A DNA stretch of 64,000 nt from Nocardioides sp. (GCF_036274455.1 NZ_DASUFR010000076.1:6290-70289), one strand, 5' to 3'; positions 1 through 10,234 are shown, counted from the stretch's first letter. The notes: a model not told the origin generated them from the letters alone. Program-made: numbers and translations.

Positions 1-508
1 CCATCAGCCCGATCAGCACGTAGAGCAGCCGGCGCACGCTGCCGCGCCGGACCAGCATCACCACGAGGACGATGAGGATCCCGCCCAGCGCGGTGACCGC
101 GGACGCGTGTCCGGACGGGAACGACTTCGACGAGAGCAGAGCATCATCGAGCTGCCAGTCCGGCCGGGACCGGCCGACCAGCGCCTTGATCAGCGTGTAC
201 GTCGCCGTGGTCACGACCATCACGCCGGCGGTGAAGGCCGCGGCCCGGCGGTGGCCGCGCAACAGCATCAGGAGCGTGACGACCACGGTCATGATCGTCA
301 TGCCGGGCGTCGCGAAGACGACCTCGACGACCCGCAGCGGATGGATCAGCCAGTCGGAGTCCACGGCCCACTTCGCGGCGGGCGACCCCCGCTCGTCGAA
401 CCGCGCGACCGGCCCCCAGCCCTCGACGACGGCGGCCGTCACCAGGGCGAAGAGCAGGAAGGACAGCGTCGCCCACCCGAGGAGGACCTGACGCGACCGG
501 TCGAGCAC
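1..508 (-). CDS. PAP2-family membrane phosphatase (C-terminus runs off the window)
   Basis: Manual minus-strand translation from GTG508 (AGGAGG upstream): VLDRSRQVLLGWATLSFLLFALV...SFPSGHAS, the PAP2 motif, with hydrophobic helices. Not in the ORF track because it is truncated. Confidence 0.8.
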   Translation of the reverse strand, partial: MLDRSRQVLLGWATLSFLLFALVTAAVVEGWGPVARFDERGSPAAKWAVDSDWLIHPLRVVEVVFATPGMTIMTVVVTLLMLLRGHRRAAAFTAGVMVVTTATYTLIKALVGRSRPDWQLDDALLSSKSFPSGHASAVTALGGILIVLVVMLVRRGSVRRLLYVLIGLM

Positions 509-645
509 CTGGTCCTCCTGTGGAATCTGGATGCGGGCGACGCAAGCCCGAACGTTAGCCTTTCAATCGTGAACCACCCCCACGAAACCGTGCCGGACGA
601 GGCGCTGCGCGCACCCGGCGCACGTCTCCGCGGGGACGCCGCGAG

Positions 646-1923
646 ATGATCGACCCCCGCATCCTGCGAGAGCAGCCCGACCGCGTCCGCGCCGCCCAGG
701 CCAAGCGCGGGCTGTCCGACGCAGTGGTCGACGAGGCGCTGGCGGCCGACGAGCGGCGCCGGCAGGCGATCGCGGACTTCGAGACCAGACGTGCGGAGCA
801 GAAGGCCCTCAGCAAGCAGATCCCCCAGGCCCAGGGCGAGGAGAAGCAGCAGCTGCTCGAGCGCACCAAGGCGCTCTCGGCCGAGGTGAAGGCCGCCGAG
901 GCCACGCAGGGCGAGGCCGAGGCCGCCTGGCAGGCCGCGATGATGGCCATCCCCAACGTGGCCCACGACCAGGCGCCCGCCGGTGGTGAGGACGACTTCG
1001 TCGTGCTCGAGACCATCGGCACACCGCGCGACTTCACCGCCGAGGGGTTCGAGCCCCGTGACCACGTCGAGCTGGGCCGGATCCTCGGCGCCATCGACAT
1101 CGAGCGCGGCGCCAAGGTGTCGGGCTCACGCTTCTACTTCCTCACCGGCGTGGGCGCACAGCTCGAGCTGGCCCTGGTCAACCTGGCCATGGACCAGGCC
1201 CGGGACGCCGGCTTCACCCAGGTCATCGCGCCGTCCCTGGTGCGACCGCGCGCGATGGAGGGCACCGGCTTCCTCGGCCAGGCCGCCGACGACGTCTACC
1301 GGATCGAGGGCGAGGACCTCTACCTCGTCGGTACGTCGGAGGTGCCGATGGCGGCCTACCACTCCGACGAGATCCTCGATGCCTCGGCGCTGCCGCTGCG
1401 CTACGCCGCGTTCAGCCCGTGCTTCCGCAAGGAGGCCGGCTCGCACGGCAAGGACACCCGCGGGATCATCCGGGTGCACTGGTTCGACAAGGTGGAGATG
1501 TTCGTGTTCACCACGACCGAGGACTCCGACGCCGAGCACCGGCGGCTGCTGGAGTGGGAGAAGGAGTTCCTCGACAAGCTCGACCTCGCCTATCGCGTCA
1601 TCGACGTGGCTGCCGGCGACCTCGGGCTGTCGGCGGCCCGCAAGTTCGACTGCGAGGCCTGGATCCCCACCCAGGGCCGCTACCGCGAGCTCACCTCCAC
1701 CTCCAACTGCACCGAGTTCCAGAGCCGCCGCCTCGACATCAGGGGGCGGTTCCCCGACGGCACCCGGCCGGTTGCCACGCTCAACGGCACGCTCTGCGCG
1801 ATGACGCGCACGATCGTGGCCATCCTCGAGACCCACCAGAACGCCGACGGCTCGGTCACGCTGCCGCAGGCGCTGCGTCCCTACATGGGCGGCATCGAGG
1901 TCCTCAAGCCGGTACATGAGTAG
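646..1923 (+). CDS. serS: Serine--tRNA ligase
   Basis: N-terminal coiled coil, GTSEVP, FRKEAG...[35 protein letters not shown] class II motifs. Confidence 0.98.
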   Translation: MIDPRILREQPDRVRAAQAKRGLSDAVVDEALAADERRRQAIADFETRRAEQKALSKQIPQAQGEEKQQLLERTKALSAEVKAAEATQGEAEAAWQAAMMAIPNVAHDQAPAGGEDDFVVLETIGTPRDFTAEGFEPRDHVELGRILGAIDIERGAKVSGSRFYFLTGVGAQLELALVNLAMDQARDAGFTQVIAPSLVRPRAMEGTGFLGQAADDVYRIEGEDLYLVGTSEVPMAAYHSDEILDASALPLRYAAFSPCFRKEAGSHGKDTRGIIRVHWFDKVEMFVFTTTEDSDAEHRRLLEWEKEFLDKLDLAYRVIDVAAGDLGLSAARKFDCEAWIPTQGRYRELTSTSNCTEFQSRRLDIRGRFPDGTRPVATLNGTLCAMTRTIVAILETHQNADGSVTLPQALRPYMGGIEVLKPVHE

Positions 1924-2740
1924 CGACGGCTGGGCACCCAAGCTGGTCGCCCTGGACATCGACGGGACATTGCTGAAGTGGGTCGAAGGCGCCGGCACGA
2001 CCCACGAGGAGATCGCGCCCGCCGTCGGTGACGCCGTACGCCGCGCCCGCGACGCCGGGTGTCACATCGTGCTCGCCAGCGGGCGCTCGCCCCACGGCAT
2101 GACGACGGTGGCCGACCGGCTGGGGCTCTACCTCGACGGCGAGCCGCTGTGGGTGGTCGCCAGCAACGGTGCGGTGGTCTTCCGCTACCCACCTCTCGAG
2201 GTGGTCCGCGAGGAGACCTTCGACGCCGCCCCCGCCGTGGCCGCGGTCCTCGAGCGCCACCCCAACGCACTGGTGGCGGTCGAGGAGCGCGGCGTCGGCT
2301 ACCGGGTCACCAAGGAGTTCCCGTTCGGGGAGCTGTCGGGCGAGATGATCCTCACCGAGGTCGACGACCTGGTCTCGGCGCCGGTCAGCCGGGTGATCAT
2401 CCGCGACCCCGAGGCGACGGCCGAGGACTTCGTGGCGCTCGCCAAGGAGCTCGGCCTGCACGGGACCGACTACGTCGTCGGCTGGACCGCCTGGCTGGAC
2501 CTGGCCCCCGTGGGTGTCTCCAAGGCGTCCGGCCTCGCCTACGTCGCCGAGCAGCTCGGCGTCGACGCGGCCGACGTGCTGGCCATCGGCGACGGACGCA
2601 ACGACATCGAGATGCTGCAGTGGGCCGGCCGGGGGGTGGCCATGGGACAGGCGGTCCAGCCGGTCCAGGACGTCGCCGACGCGGTCACCGGCACGGTCGG
2701 CGACGACGGCGCCGCCACCGAGCTGGCGAGGTACTTCTGA
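1916..2740 (+). CDS. Cof-type HAD hydrolase
   Basis: [32 protein letters not shown] motifs. Confidence 0.93.
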   Translation: MSSDGWAPKLVALDIDGTLLKWVEGAGTTHEEIAPAVGDAVRRARDAGCHIVLASGRSPHGMTTVADRLGLYLDGEPLWVVASNGAVVFRYPPLEVVREETFDAAPAVAAVLERHPNALVAVEERGVGYRVTKEFPFGELSGEMILTEVDDLVSAPVSRVIIRDPEATAEDFVALAKELGLHGTDYVVGWTAWLDLAPVGVSKASGLAYVAEQLGVDAADVLAIGDGRNDIEMLQWAGRGVAMGQAVQPVQDVADAVTGTVGDDGAATELARYF

Positions 2741-3225
2741 TGGCAGCCCTGCCGGACGTCGTCGAGACGGAGCGACTGCGGCTGCCGCTCTGGAGGGCCG
2801 CGGACGTGGCCGCGATCCGCGCCGGCGAGCGCCGTCCGGACTGGCACCTGCAGTTTCCGCGCGAGGAAGACACCTTGGCGGCGTCGCTCTGGCGCGAGGG
2901 CGACCCGTGGGCACCCCGGTCGATCAGCCGCGCAGACGTCGTGGTCGGGTCCATCGGGTTCTTCGGACCACCCGAGCCGGCCTCCGACGGCACCCCCGAG
3001 GTCGAGGTCGGCTACGGCCTGGTCGAGGACGCCCGTGGCGTCGGCTACGCCACCGAGGCCCTGCAGGCGATGGCGCGCGCCGCCGAGACAGCAGGCGCCC
3101 GGCTGCGCGCGAGTGTCAGCCCCGACAACCAGGCCAGCATCCGGGTGCTGGCCAGGTGCGGCTTCACCGAGCTCCGCGGGAGCAACGAGCACGGCGAGCT
3201 GGTGATGGTGCGGCCGCTCCGGTGA
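2740..3225 (+). CDS. GNAT N-acetyltransferase (RimJ/RimL-like)
   Basis: ATG overlaps the upstream TGA. ETERLRL...EVEVGYGLVEDARGVGYATEAL...NQASIRVLARCGF. Confidence 0.88.
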   Translation: MAALPDVVETERLRLPLWRAADVAAIRAGERRPDWHLQFPREEDTLAASLWREGDPWAPRSISRADVVVGSIGFFGPPEPASDGTPEVEVGYGLVEDARGVGYATEALQAMARAAETAGARLRASVSPDNQASIRVLARCGFTELRGSNEHGELVMVRPLR

Positions 3226-4010
3226 CTCCCAAGCTCGTGGCCACCGACCTCGACGGGACGCTGCTCGACAGTCGCGGGGAGCTGTCGGAGCGCACCCGCG
3301 CGGTACTCGACCGCCTGGACGCGGCCGGGGTGCCCCTCGTCGTCGTCACCGCCCGGCCGCTGCGCTGGATGACCGATCTCTGGCCGGTCGTGGGGCGGCA
3401 CGGCATCGGAGTCGTCTCCAACGGCGCGATCGTCTACGACGTCGCCGAGGCCCGGATCCACGAGCTCGAGGGGATCGAGGTCGAGGCGGGGCTCGCGCTC
3501 GTCGCGGCGATCCGCGAGCAGCTCCCCAACGCGGTGTTCGCCTTCGAGATGGTGTCGGGCTTCGCCCGGGAGCCCGCCTACGACGAGCCACACCACGTCC
3601 CGGACGGCAGCCCGTCCGGCACACCGGAGGAGGTGCTCACCGGTCCTGCGGTCAAGGTCCTCGTCAAGGCGCCCGGCTCCTCCCCGGCCGAGCTCCGCGC
3701 CGGCGTGGTCGCCGCGGTCGGCGACACGGCCACGCCCACCTGGTCCACCGCGGGGCTGGTCGAGATCAGCGCCGCGGGGGTGACGAAGGCCGCCGCGCTG
3801 GCCCGGGTGTGCGACCGCCTCGGGATCGCCGCGGCAGACGTCGTCGCCTTCGGCGACATGCCCAACGACCTCGCCCTGCTCGAGTGGGCGGGGACGTCGT
3901 ACGCCGTCGCCAACGCCGACCCGCAGGTGCTCGCCGTCGCCGACCACGTGACGGCGAGCAACGACGAGGACGGCGTGGCACTTGCCCTGACTGGCATCTT
4001 CGACTTGTGA
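3222..4010 (+). CDS. Second Cof-type HAD hydrolase
   Basis: GTG3222. LVATDLDGTLL, TKAAAL, AFGDMPNDLALL. Confidence 0.92.
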   Translation: MTPKLVATDLDGTLLDSRGELSERTRAVLDRLDAAGVPLVVVTARPLRWMTDLWPVVGRHGIGVVSNGAIVYDVAEARIHELEGIEVEAGLALVAAIREQLPNAVFAFEMVSGFAREPAYDEPHHVPDGSPSGTPEEVLTGPAVKVLVKAPGSSPAELRAGVVAAVGDTATPTWSTAGLVEISAAGVTKAAALARVCDRLGIAAADVVAFGDMPNDLALLEWAGTSYAVANADPQVLAVADHVTASNDEDGVALALTGIFDL

Positions 4011-4027
4011 TCTGCTCTCATGGCCGG

Positions 4028-4648
4028 GTGCTCCGACGCCTCCTGACCACGTTGGTGGGGATCGCGATCACCTCGCTCGCGGTGCTCGGGGCAGGCCTGC
4101 CCGCGCACGCCGCCAAGCCCGCCAAGCGGGCACCCGCGTGTCCCCCGGTGACGGTCAGGGACAGCACGAAGGCGGCCATGGCTGTGTTCAGCGGCACCGT
4201 CGACGACGTCCAGCGCGGCGCGCGCACCGACGGCGTGCCGGGCGCGATCTACGACCACACCGTGACGGTGGACCTCGTCTACCAGGGCAAGATCGACACC
4301 GAGACGGTCACCGTGCAGACCGACCGCAACAAGGTGGCCTGCAGCCTCGGGGCCCTGACCGTGGGCACGGAGTACATGTTCTTCGTCACCGGCACCGGCG
4401 AACCCTGGGTGGCCGGAGGCATGAGCGGCACCCGCGTCAACAACGACACCGTGACCGCGCAGGTGGTGCGGCTGCTGGGCGAGGGGAAGCCCACGAGCCA
4501 GCCGCCACCCGAGCCGGCGCAGTTCACCCCGGTGGGAGCCGGCGAGCCGCAGTCGTTCTCCCGGCTCGCCGCGCCCGGCGGCGCGCTGGTCCTGATCGGA
4601 CTGCTCGGGTTGCTGGTCGTGCGCGGGGTCAGCCGGCGTACGCCCTGA
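4028..4648 (+). CDS. Secreted/membrane-anchored protein with TIMP/NTR-like Cys-containing domain
   Basis: Signal peptide (..PAHA), ACPPV..AVFSGTV..CSLG..GTEYMFFV, C-terminal TM helix plus basic tail. Domain call is by motif resemblance only. Confidence 0.6.
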   Translation: MLRRLLTTLVGIAITSLAVLGAGLPAHAAKPAKRAPACPPVTVRDSTKAAMAVFSGTVDDVQRGARTDGVPGAIYDHTVTVDLVYQGKIDTETVTVQTDRNKVACSLGALTVGTEYMFFVTGTGEPWVAGGMSGTRVNNDTVTAQVVRLLGEGKPTSQPPPEPAQFTPVGAGEPQSFSRLAAPGGALVLIGLLGLLVVRGVSRRTP

Positions 4649-4652
4649 CGGG

Positions 4653-5237
4653 CTAGAGGTACATCCCGCCGGAGTCACCCGGCTGAGGCGGCTGCTGCTC
4701 GGCCGGCTGCTGTGGCTGGCTGGAGCCGACCGGTAGCCCGCGCCGCATCTGCTCGAACTGCGCCCGCGCGGCCATCTGCTGGGCGTAGATCGCGGTCTGG
4801 ATCCCGTGGAAGAGCCCCTCCAGCCAGCCGACCAGTTGGGCCTGGGCGATCCGAAGCTCCGCGTCGGACGGCGTCGCGTCGTCGGAGAACGGCAGGGCCA
4901 GCCGCTCGAGCTCCTCGACCAGGTCTGGAGACAGCCCGGCCTCGAGCTCGTGGACGGAGGCCTTGTGGATCTCCTTGAGCCGGTTGCGGCTGGCCTCGTC
5001 GAGCGGGGCGGACTTCACCTCCTCGAGAAGCTGGCGGATCATGCTCCCGATCCGCATCACCTTGGCCGGCTGCTCGACCTGGTCGGTGATCGACCGCTCG
5101 GGCTCCTCGTCCTCGCCGGACGCCTGCTCGACCAGCGCCGACTCGGGCACCGCCCCCAGCGGCTGTCCGTCGGGACCGACGATCACGACCTGACGCTCCT
5201 GCGGCTTCCGGGACCCGGATTCCTGCTGCTCGGTCAT
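4653..5237 (-). CDS. bpa: Bacterial proteasome activator Bpa/PafE
   Basis: EQPAKVMRIGSMIRQLLEEVK, ELRIAQAQLVGWLEGLFHGIQ, C-terminal HbYX motif GMYL. Confidence 0.93.
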   Translation of the reverse strand: MTEQQESGSRKPQERQVVIVGPDGQPLGAVPESALVEQASGEDEEPERSITDQVEQPAKVMRIGSMIRQLLEEVKSAPLDEASRNRLKEIHKASVHELEAGLSPDLVEELERLALPFSDDATPSDAELRIAQAQLVGWLEGLFHGIQTAIYAQQMAARAQFEQMRRGLPVGSSQPQQPAEQQPPQPGDSGGMYL

Positions 5238-5280
5238 AGCGCCACGGTATCCGGCGCCATGTCGGGGACACCTCGCGGCC

Positions 5281-6261
5281 TCAGCGCATGACCAGCAGGA
5301 TCTTCCCGGTGTGCGTCCCGGACTCCATGAGCTCGTGCGCCCGGCGTACGTCGTCGAGCGGGACCGTGGTGTCCACGATCTCGCGGACCCGACGCTCGGC
5401 CACGAGCGGCCAGACGTGCTCGACCACCGAGGCGCAGATCGCCGCCTTCTCCTCCGGCGGCCTCGCTCGCAGGGTGGTGCTGATGATCGCCCCGCGCTTG
5501 CGCATGAGGACGTTGAGGTCGAGCTCGCCACGAGTGCCGCCCTGCAGGCCGATGATCACGAGCCGCCCCTCGGTGGCGAGGGCCGCGACGTTGCGCTCGA
5601 GGTAGGCCGCGCCCATGTTGTCGAGGATCACGTCGGCGCCGGCGCCGCCGGTGTGCTCCTCGACCACCTCGACGAAGTCCTCCTCGTGGTAGTCGATCGC
5701 CACCTCCGCACCGAGCGTGCGACAGAAGTCCCGCTTCTCCGCCGTGCCGGCCGTGGTCACCACCCGCGCCCCGAGCTCGGTCGCGAGCTGGATGGCGAAG
5801 CTCCCGATCCCACCGGCGCCGCCGTGCACCAGCAGCACCTCGTCCGGCCGCAGCGCAGCCAGCATGAACAGGTTCGACCACACCGTGGCCGCCACCTCGG
5901 GCAGCGCCGCGGCGGCCACCAGGTCGACGCCCTCGGGCACCGGCATCAGCTGCCCGGCGGGCACCGTCACGTGGGTGGCGTAGGCACCGGCTGAGAGCAG
6001 CGCACACCCCTGGTCACCGACGGACCAGCCCTCGACGTCGGCGCCGACCGCGGTGACGGTCCCGCTGCACTCCATGCCCAGCACGTCGGACGCACCGGGC
6101 GGCGGCGGGTAGAAGCCCTGCCGCTGGAGCAGGTCCGCCCGGTTCAGGCCGGCGGCCGCCACCTCGAGCAGAACCTCGCCGCTGCCGGGCTCCGGGTCCG
6201 GCAGCTCCCGCACGGCGAGGACCTCGGGCCCGCCCGCCCCGTCGGCGAGGACGGCCCGCAC
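5281..6261 (-). CDS. NAD(P)H-quinone oxidoreductase (PIG3/zeta-crystallin type)
   Basis: NRADLLQRQGFYPPPPGASDVLGMECSG, LVHGGAGGIGS. Confidence 0.93.
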   Translation of the reverse strand: MRAVLADGAGGPEVLAVRELPDPEPGSGEVLLEVAAAGLNRADLLQRQGFYPPPPGASDVLGMECSGTVTAVGADVEGWSVGDQGCALLSAGAYATHVTVPAGQLMPVPEGVDLVAAAALPEVAATVWSNLFMLAALRPDEVLLVHGGAGGIGSFAIQLATELGARVVTTAGTAEKRDFCRTLGAEVAIDYHEEDFVEVVEEHTGGAGADVILDNMGAAYLERNVAALATEGRLVIIGLQGGTRGELDLNVLMRKRGAIISTTLRARPPEEKAAICASVVEHVWPLVAERRVREIVDTTVPLDDVRRAHELMESGTHTGKILLVMR

Positions 6262-6267
6262 GGGGGC

Positions 6268-6627
6268 CTAGACCTCTTCGTCGACGAGCTCGTCGGCCCG
6301 GTCGTCGATGTAGAGGTCGCCGGTGTGGTCGACGGAACGGTCGTCCGGGATCGGGTCGTCCACGTCATCGGGGTCGCGGGCGTCGGCCGGACGGTCCCAG
6401 CCCTCCGCCAGCTCCTGGGCGCGGGCGGCGAGCCGCTCGACCTCGTCCGGGTCGGCGTCCTGGGCGGCGGCGGCATAACCGAGGAGGTAGGCAGTGACGG
6501 GCGCCGCCAGTCGCTCGACGTTCTCGGCAGCGCACTTGGTGAGGTCGGCCAGCAGTCCCTCGTCGACCTCCACGTCCTCGAGATCGAGGACGTCGCTCAG
6601 CTCGTCGATCCAGTCGTGGAGGTTCAC
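6268..6627 (-). CDS. Small acidic protein, DUF6457-like
   Basis: NLHDWIDEL..LLADLTKCAAENVERLAAPVTAYLLG. This family commonly sits next to MobA-like genes. Confidence 0.7.
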   Translation of the reverse strand: MNLHDWIDELSDVLDLEDVEVDEGLLADLTKCAAENVERLAAPVTAYLLGYAAAAQDADPDEVERLAARAQELAEGWDRPADARDPDDVDDPIPDDRSVDHTGDLYIDDRADELVDEEV

Positions 6628-6686
6628 GGGTTCAGACTTCCGCGCAGATCGGCGTCTCGCAAGTTCCTTGTCTCGACCACCCCACC

Positions 6687-7253
6687 TCACCGGGTGAGGT
6701 CCCGGACATCGGCCCAGGTGTCCACGTCGCGGTGCTCTTGACCCTCGGCGGCGACCTCGGCCAGGTCGAGCGGCGCGAGCAGCCGGTGCAGGGCCAGGTT
6801 GTGCTGCTCCTCCAGCCCGGGTCGTACGCCGTCCAGCCGCGCGACGTCGAGCACCATCGCCAGCTGCCGTCGGCCGTCCGGCCCGACGAGCACCGCGCCG
6901 TCGTGGCCCTCCATCGCGGAGCGCAGCCGCCGGAAGGTGCGCGCGGTGAGGAAGGGCATGTCGCAGGCCAGCACCACGACGGTGCCGCGCGGGTCGAGGA
7001 GTGCGTCCCTGCCGGTGAGCAGGGCCGCGGCCGGGCCGCCCCCGCGCGGGTCCTCGCGGGTGAAGGTCACCGGTCGCTGCGTCGGCACCGGGTCACCGAC
7101 GACGACGACCTCGGCGGCGTCGATCACGGCGTCCAGCGCCCAGGTGAGGAGCGTGCGTCCGTGCAGCTCGAGCGAGGCCTTGTCGGCGCCGTCGAGCCGG
7201 ACCGCGCCACCGCCGGCGAGGACGACCGCGGTGAACGACCCGGGCGTGGACAC
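6687..7253 (-). CDS. MobA-like NTP transferase (molybdenum cofactor guanylyltransferase family)
   Basis: VVLAGGGAVRLDGADKA, GGPAAAL, LACDMPFL, DVDT motifs. Confidence 0.88.
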   Translation of the reverse strand: MSTPGSFTAVVLAGGGAVRLDGADKASLELHGRTLLTWALDAVIDAAEVVVVGDPVPTQRPVTFTREDPRGGGPAAALLTGRDALLDPRGTVVVLACDMPFLTARTFRRLRSAMEGHDGAVLVGPDGRRQLAMVLDVARLDGVRPGLEEQHNLALHRLLAPLDLAEVAAEGQEHRDVDTWADVRDLTR

Positions 7254-7298
7254 GGGTCAAGTGTGGCCGGTGGCCGGCGGCGCGGGACACTGGTGACC

Positions 7299-8057
7299 AT
7301 GCTCTCGGTCACGGTGGTCCAGGAGGCGTCGGGGCTCGACCCGGCCGCCAACCGCGCGCGGCTGCGTGAGCTGGTGCCCTCGGACAGCGACCTGGTGGTA
7401 CTTCCCGAGGCGTTCGCCCGGGACTTCGGGGAGGCCGGGTCAGACGTCAGCCCGTTCGCCGAGCCCCAGGACGGCCCGTTCGGGACCGAGCTCGCGAAGG
7501 TGGCGGCCGAGCACAACACGACCGTGGTCGCGGGGATGTTCGAGACCTCCGAGGATCCGGCCCGTCCCTACAACACTCTGCTGGTCCGGGGCGCCACCAC
7601 GGCGTCGTACCGCAAGATCCACCTCTACGACTCCTTCGGCTACCAGGAGTCCGGCTCCCTACACGCCGGCCCGCTGACCCCCGTGGTGGTCGACATCGCG
7701 GGCTTCCGGGTCGGGCTGATGACCTGCTACGACCTCCGCTTCCCCGAGCTCGGGCGGGCCCTGGTCGACCAGGGGTCGGAGGTGCTCGTGGTGCCGTCGG
7801 CCTGGGTGGCCGGGCCGCGCAAGGTCGAGCACTGGCGCACCCTGGTCCGCGCCCGGGCCATCGAGAACACGGTGTTCGTCGTCGCCGCCGGCCAGCCCGG
7901 ACCCCGCTACACCGGCCACTCGATGGTCATCGACCCGCGCGGAGACGTGCTGGCAGGGGCCGGCGACGGCCCGGACGTGCTGCGCGCCACCCTCGACCGC
8001 GGCGTCCTGGAGGAGGCCCGCGTGACCAACCCCTCGCTCGCCAACCGACGGTTGTAG
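7299..8057 (+). CDS. Carbon-nitrogen hydrolase (nitrilase superfamily)
   Basis: LVVLPE, YRKIHLYD, TCYDLRFPE catalytic E-K-C triad. Confidence 0.93.
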   Translation: MLSVTVVQEASGLDPAANRARLRELVPSDSDLVVLPEAFARDFGEAGSDVSPFAEPQDGPFGTELAKVAAEHNTTVVAGMFETSEDPARPYNTLLVRGATTASYRKIHLYDSFGYQESGSLHAGPLTPVVVDIAGFRVGLMTCYDLRFPELGRALVDQGSEVLVVPSAWVAGPRKVEHWRTLVRARAIENTVFVVAAGQPGPRYTGHSMVIDPRGDVLAGAGDGPDVLRATLDRGVLEEARVTNPSLANRRL

Positions 8058-8094
8058 CCGCGCGCCTCACCCCCTCTCTGTAATCTGTTCTGTC

Positions 8095-9294
8095 GTGCCA
8101 CGGACCGCCCCTCGACGACGCGCGACGCGCCACGAGCGGGTCCGGTCGCTCGACCGCGAGCCGGTGGTCGTCACGACCGCCGCTCGGCCGGCGCCCGACC
8201 CCGGGCCCGACCCCGGGCCCGACCCCGCGCCCGACCCCGAGCCGATGCGCGAGGAGGTCGTCCCCGGCCCCACGGGGGCAGCCGCCGGACCCGAGCTGAC
8301 GGTCTCCGTGCCCGACCGGGAGCCGGTCCAGAGCAGGCTGCTCGTCGCGCTCTGGGTCCTGGTCGTGGCCGGCGGGCTCGCGGCCCTGGTGGCGGCGATG
8401 ATCCCGCGAGGTCCGGACTGGCTCGACGGTGCCGGAGCGGTCGCCGTCGTCACGGCATACTCCTGGGCACTCGCGGCTCGCACCGGAGGCCGCCCGGTCA
8501 TCTTCGGCGGCCTGGCGCTGGTGCTGGGGTTGCTCGTCCTGCTGCTCGACCAGGACTACCTGTGCACCGGAGCCGCGGTCATGACCTGTGTGGTCTCGGC
8601 GGTGCTCGGGGTGATGGCGACCACTCCGGCGGTGCGGTTCTCCCGCGCCGCCCGGGAGTGCGTGGTCGCGGTGGTCATCGCGGCCATCGGGGCGATGGCC
8701 ACGATCGGCTTCGACCCCGTGGTGTCGGTCGTGCGGTTCGAGTACGTCACCCTCGGCCTGGCGATGCTGGGCGCCTTCGGCGTCGTCTACCGGCTCGGGG
8801 CCGGCCTGCACGGGCTCGGACGCCGCGGCCTGGTGGTGGTGGCGATCTGCGGGGTCCTGCTCGCGGTCACCCTGCTGTACGCCGAGATGCTGCGCCGCTA
8901 CGGTTCGCAGGACCTCGTCGACCACCTGCTCGGCGGGGTTCGGTGGAGCCGGGACCACCTCGGCGCCTTCCCGCGCCCGATCGAGGCCGTCCTCGGCGTA
9001 CCCGCGCTCGCCTGGGGCTGCCACATGCGCGCCCGGCGCCGGCAGGGGTGGTGGCTGTGCGCGTTCGGCGTCGCCGCGACGGCGCCGGTGGCCAACGCAC
9101 TGGTGAACCCGGCGATCTCGCTGCTCGAGTGCGGCCTCTCGGTCCTCTACGCCCTCGTCGTCGGCCTGGTCATCGGCTACGTCGTGATCCGCACCGACCT
9201 CGCGCTCACCGGCTCCCGCGGCCAGGGCGGCCGCCGGCTCGAGGAGGCCGCGGCGGTCCGCCCCGAGCCCCCGCGCACCGCTGCGCTGCTCTAG
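8095..9294 (+). CDS. Multi-pass membrane protein, unknown function
   Basis: About 10 hydrophobic segments after a Pro-rich N-terminus with (PDPG)n. Start uncertain. Confidence 0.75.
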   Translation: MPRTAPRRRATRHERVRSLDREPVVVTTAARPAPDPGPDPGPDPAPDPEPMREEVVPGPTGAAAGPELTVSVPDREPVQSRLLVALWVLVVAGGLAALVAAMIPRGPDWLDGAGAVAVVTAYSWALAARTGGRPVIFGGLALVLGLLVLLLDQDYLCTGAAVMTCVVSAVLGVMATTPAVRFSRAARECVVAVVIAAIGAMATIGFDPVVSVVRFEYVTLGLAMLGAFGVVYRLGAGLHGLGRRGLVVVAICGVLLAVTLLYAEMLRRYGSQDLVDHLLGGVRWSRDHLGAFPRPIEAVLGVPALAWGCHMRARRRQGWWLCAFGVAATAPVANALVNPAISLLECGLSVLYALVVGLVIGYVVIRTDLALTGSRGQGGRRLEEAAAVRPEPPRTAALL

Positions 9295-9386
9295 ATGCTC
9301 CCTACTAGCCAGCGGGGCGGGCACCGGCGGTGCCCACTAGGTTCTCTCGCATGGTCCGCGAACGGGTGTCCGAGGTCGTGGCGGAG

Positions 9387-9587
9387 ATGGTGGCCAATGT
9401 GCTGAGCGTCTCGGTCGCGCCAGGAGACCAGGTCTCGGCGGGCGACGTGGTCGTCGTCCTGGAGTCGATGAAGATGGAGATCCCGGTCATCGCCGAGGCC
9501 GACGGCACGGTGCGTGCGGTGAAGATCGCGCCGGCCGACGTGGTCCAGGACGGCGAGGTGATGCTCGAGCTGGTCCTGGACGACTGA
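9387..9587 (+). CDS. Biotin/lipoyl carrier protein
   Basis: ESMKMEIPV biotinylation motif. The start could be upstream (ORF opens at 9330). Confidence 0.85.
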   Translation: MVANVLSVSVAPGDQVSAGDVVVVLESMKMEIPVIAEADGTVRAVKIAPADVVQDGEVMLELVLDD

Positions 9588-9627
9588 GTCCTAGGATCGT
9601 CGGGTGCGCCGGTCCACCGGAGCGCAC

Positions 9628-9719
9628 GGAGGGGTGCCGGAGTGGCCGATCGGAACCGCCTTGAAAGCGGTCGCTGGCAGAGATGTCAGCCGCGGGTTCG
9701 AATCCCGCCCCCTCTGCCA
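9628..9719 (+). tRNA. tRNA-Ser(TGA)
   Basis: GGAGGGG/CCCCTCT acceptor stem, ACCGC-cttgaaa-GCGGT anticodon arm, long variable arm, GGTTCGAATCC, encoded CCA. Confidence 0.96.
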
Positions 9720-9731
9720 CCCCCTCTGCCA
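9708..9731 (+). repeat. Tandem 12-bp duplication of the tRNA-Ser 3' end (CCCCCTCTGCCA x2)
   Basis: Read directly: 9708-9719 and 9720-9731 are identical. Confidence 0.9.
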
Positions 9732-9751
9732 CGCCTGCAGTTGAGAGCGAC

Positions 9752-10135
9752 CTACTCCGAGCCGCCGAGCTCCAGCTCCACCTCGTCGTAGACCAGGTCG
9801 TTGATCCGCTGCACGTGCCGCTGGATGTCGACGACGAGCCGCTTGAGCTCGATCCGGGTGGCCTCGACATCCGGGGTCTCCAGGATCTGCGGCCCGAGGA
9901 TGCTGAGCCGGGACAGCAGCGCGTTGCGCTCCCGGAACGCAGACCCACCGCGCGCGGCGAGCCACCCGTCGTCAGACCCGGCAGCCTCGCCGACCAGCGC
10001 GTCACGCACACCGCCCATCCGCTGCCGAACCAGCCACCGCCAGTTCCCCAGCGGGATGCCGGGCTTGCGGGGGGAGTCGAGGGCGGCATCGAGCGCCTTG
10101 AGGGCGCCGGGGAGGGCGGGCGGAACGGTGGGCAT
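9752..10135 (-). CDS. Hypothetical helical protein ending ELELGGSE
   Basis: 127-aa ORF with high-GC3 codon pattern, MPTVPPALPG...YDEVELELGGSE. Confidence 0.7.
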   Translation of the reverse strand: MPTVPPALPGALKALDAALDSPRKPGIPLGNWRWLVRQRMGGVRDALVGEAAGSDDGWLAARGGSAFRERNALLSRLSILGPQILETPDVEATRIELKRLVVDIQRHVQRINDLVYDEVELELGGSE

Positions 10136-10234
10136 CGGCGGCCTCCTAGGCCGGGGTCTTCGAGTGTGACCGAGCTCACTGGTACTCACAAGTCCCGGTT
10201 TGGGCGCTGAGACCGTTCCCGGTTCAATCAGTTC

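Noticed and set aside
8194-8241. 12-bp tandem repeat
   Set aside because: It simply encodes a (PDPG)n linker within the membrane protein
9628-9719. Possible tRNA-Sec, given selD and the Sec-Fdh in the window
   Set aside because: The anticodon is TGA (Ser), not TCA, and the acceptor stem is a standard 7 bp
9752-10135. Pup/ubiquitin-like modifier, because of the GGSE C-terminus near bpa
   Set aside because: Pup ends in GGE/GGQ, is about 64-70 aa and disordered. This ORF is 127 aa, helical, and has no pup/dop/pafA context.
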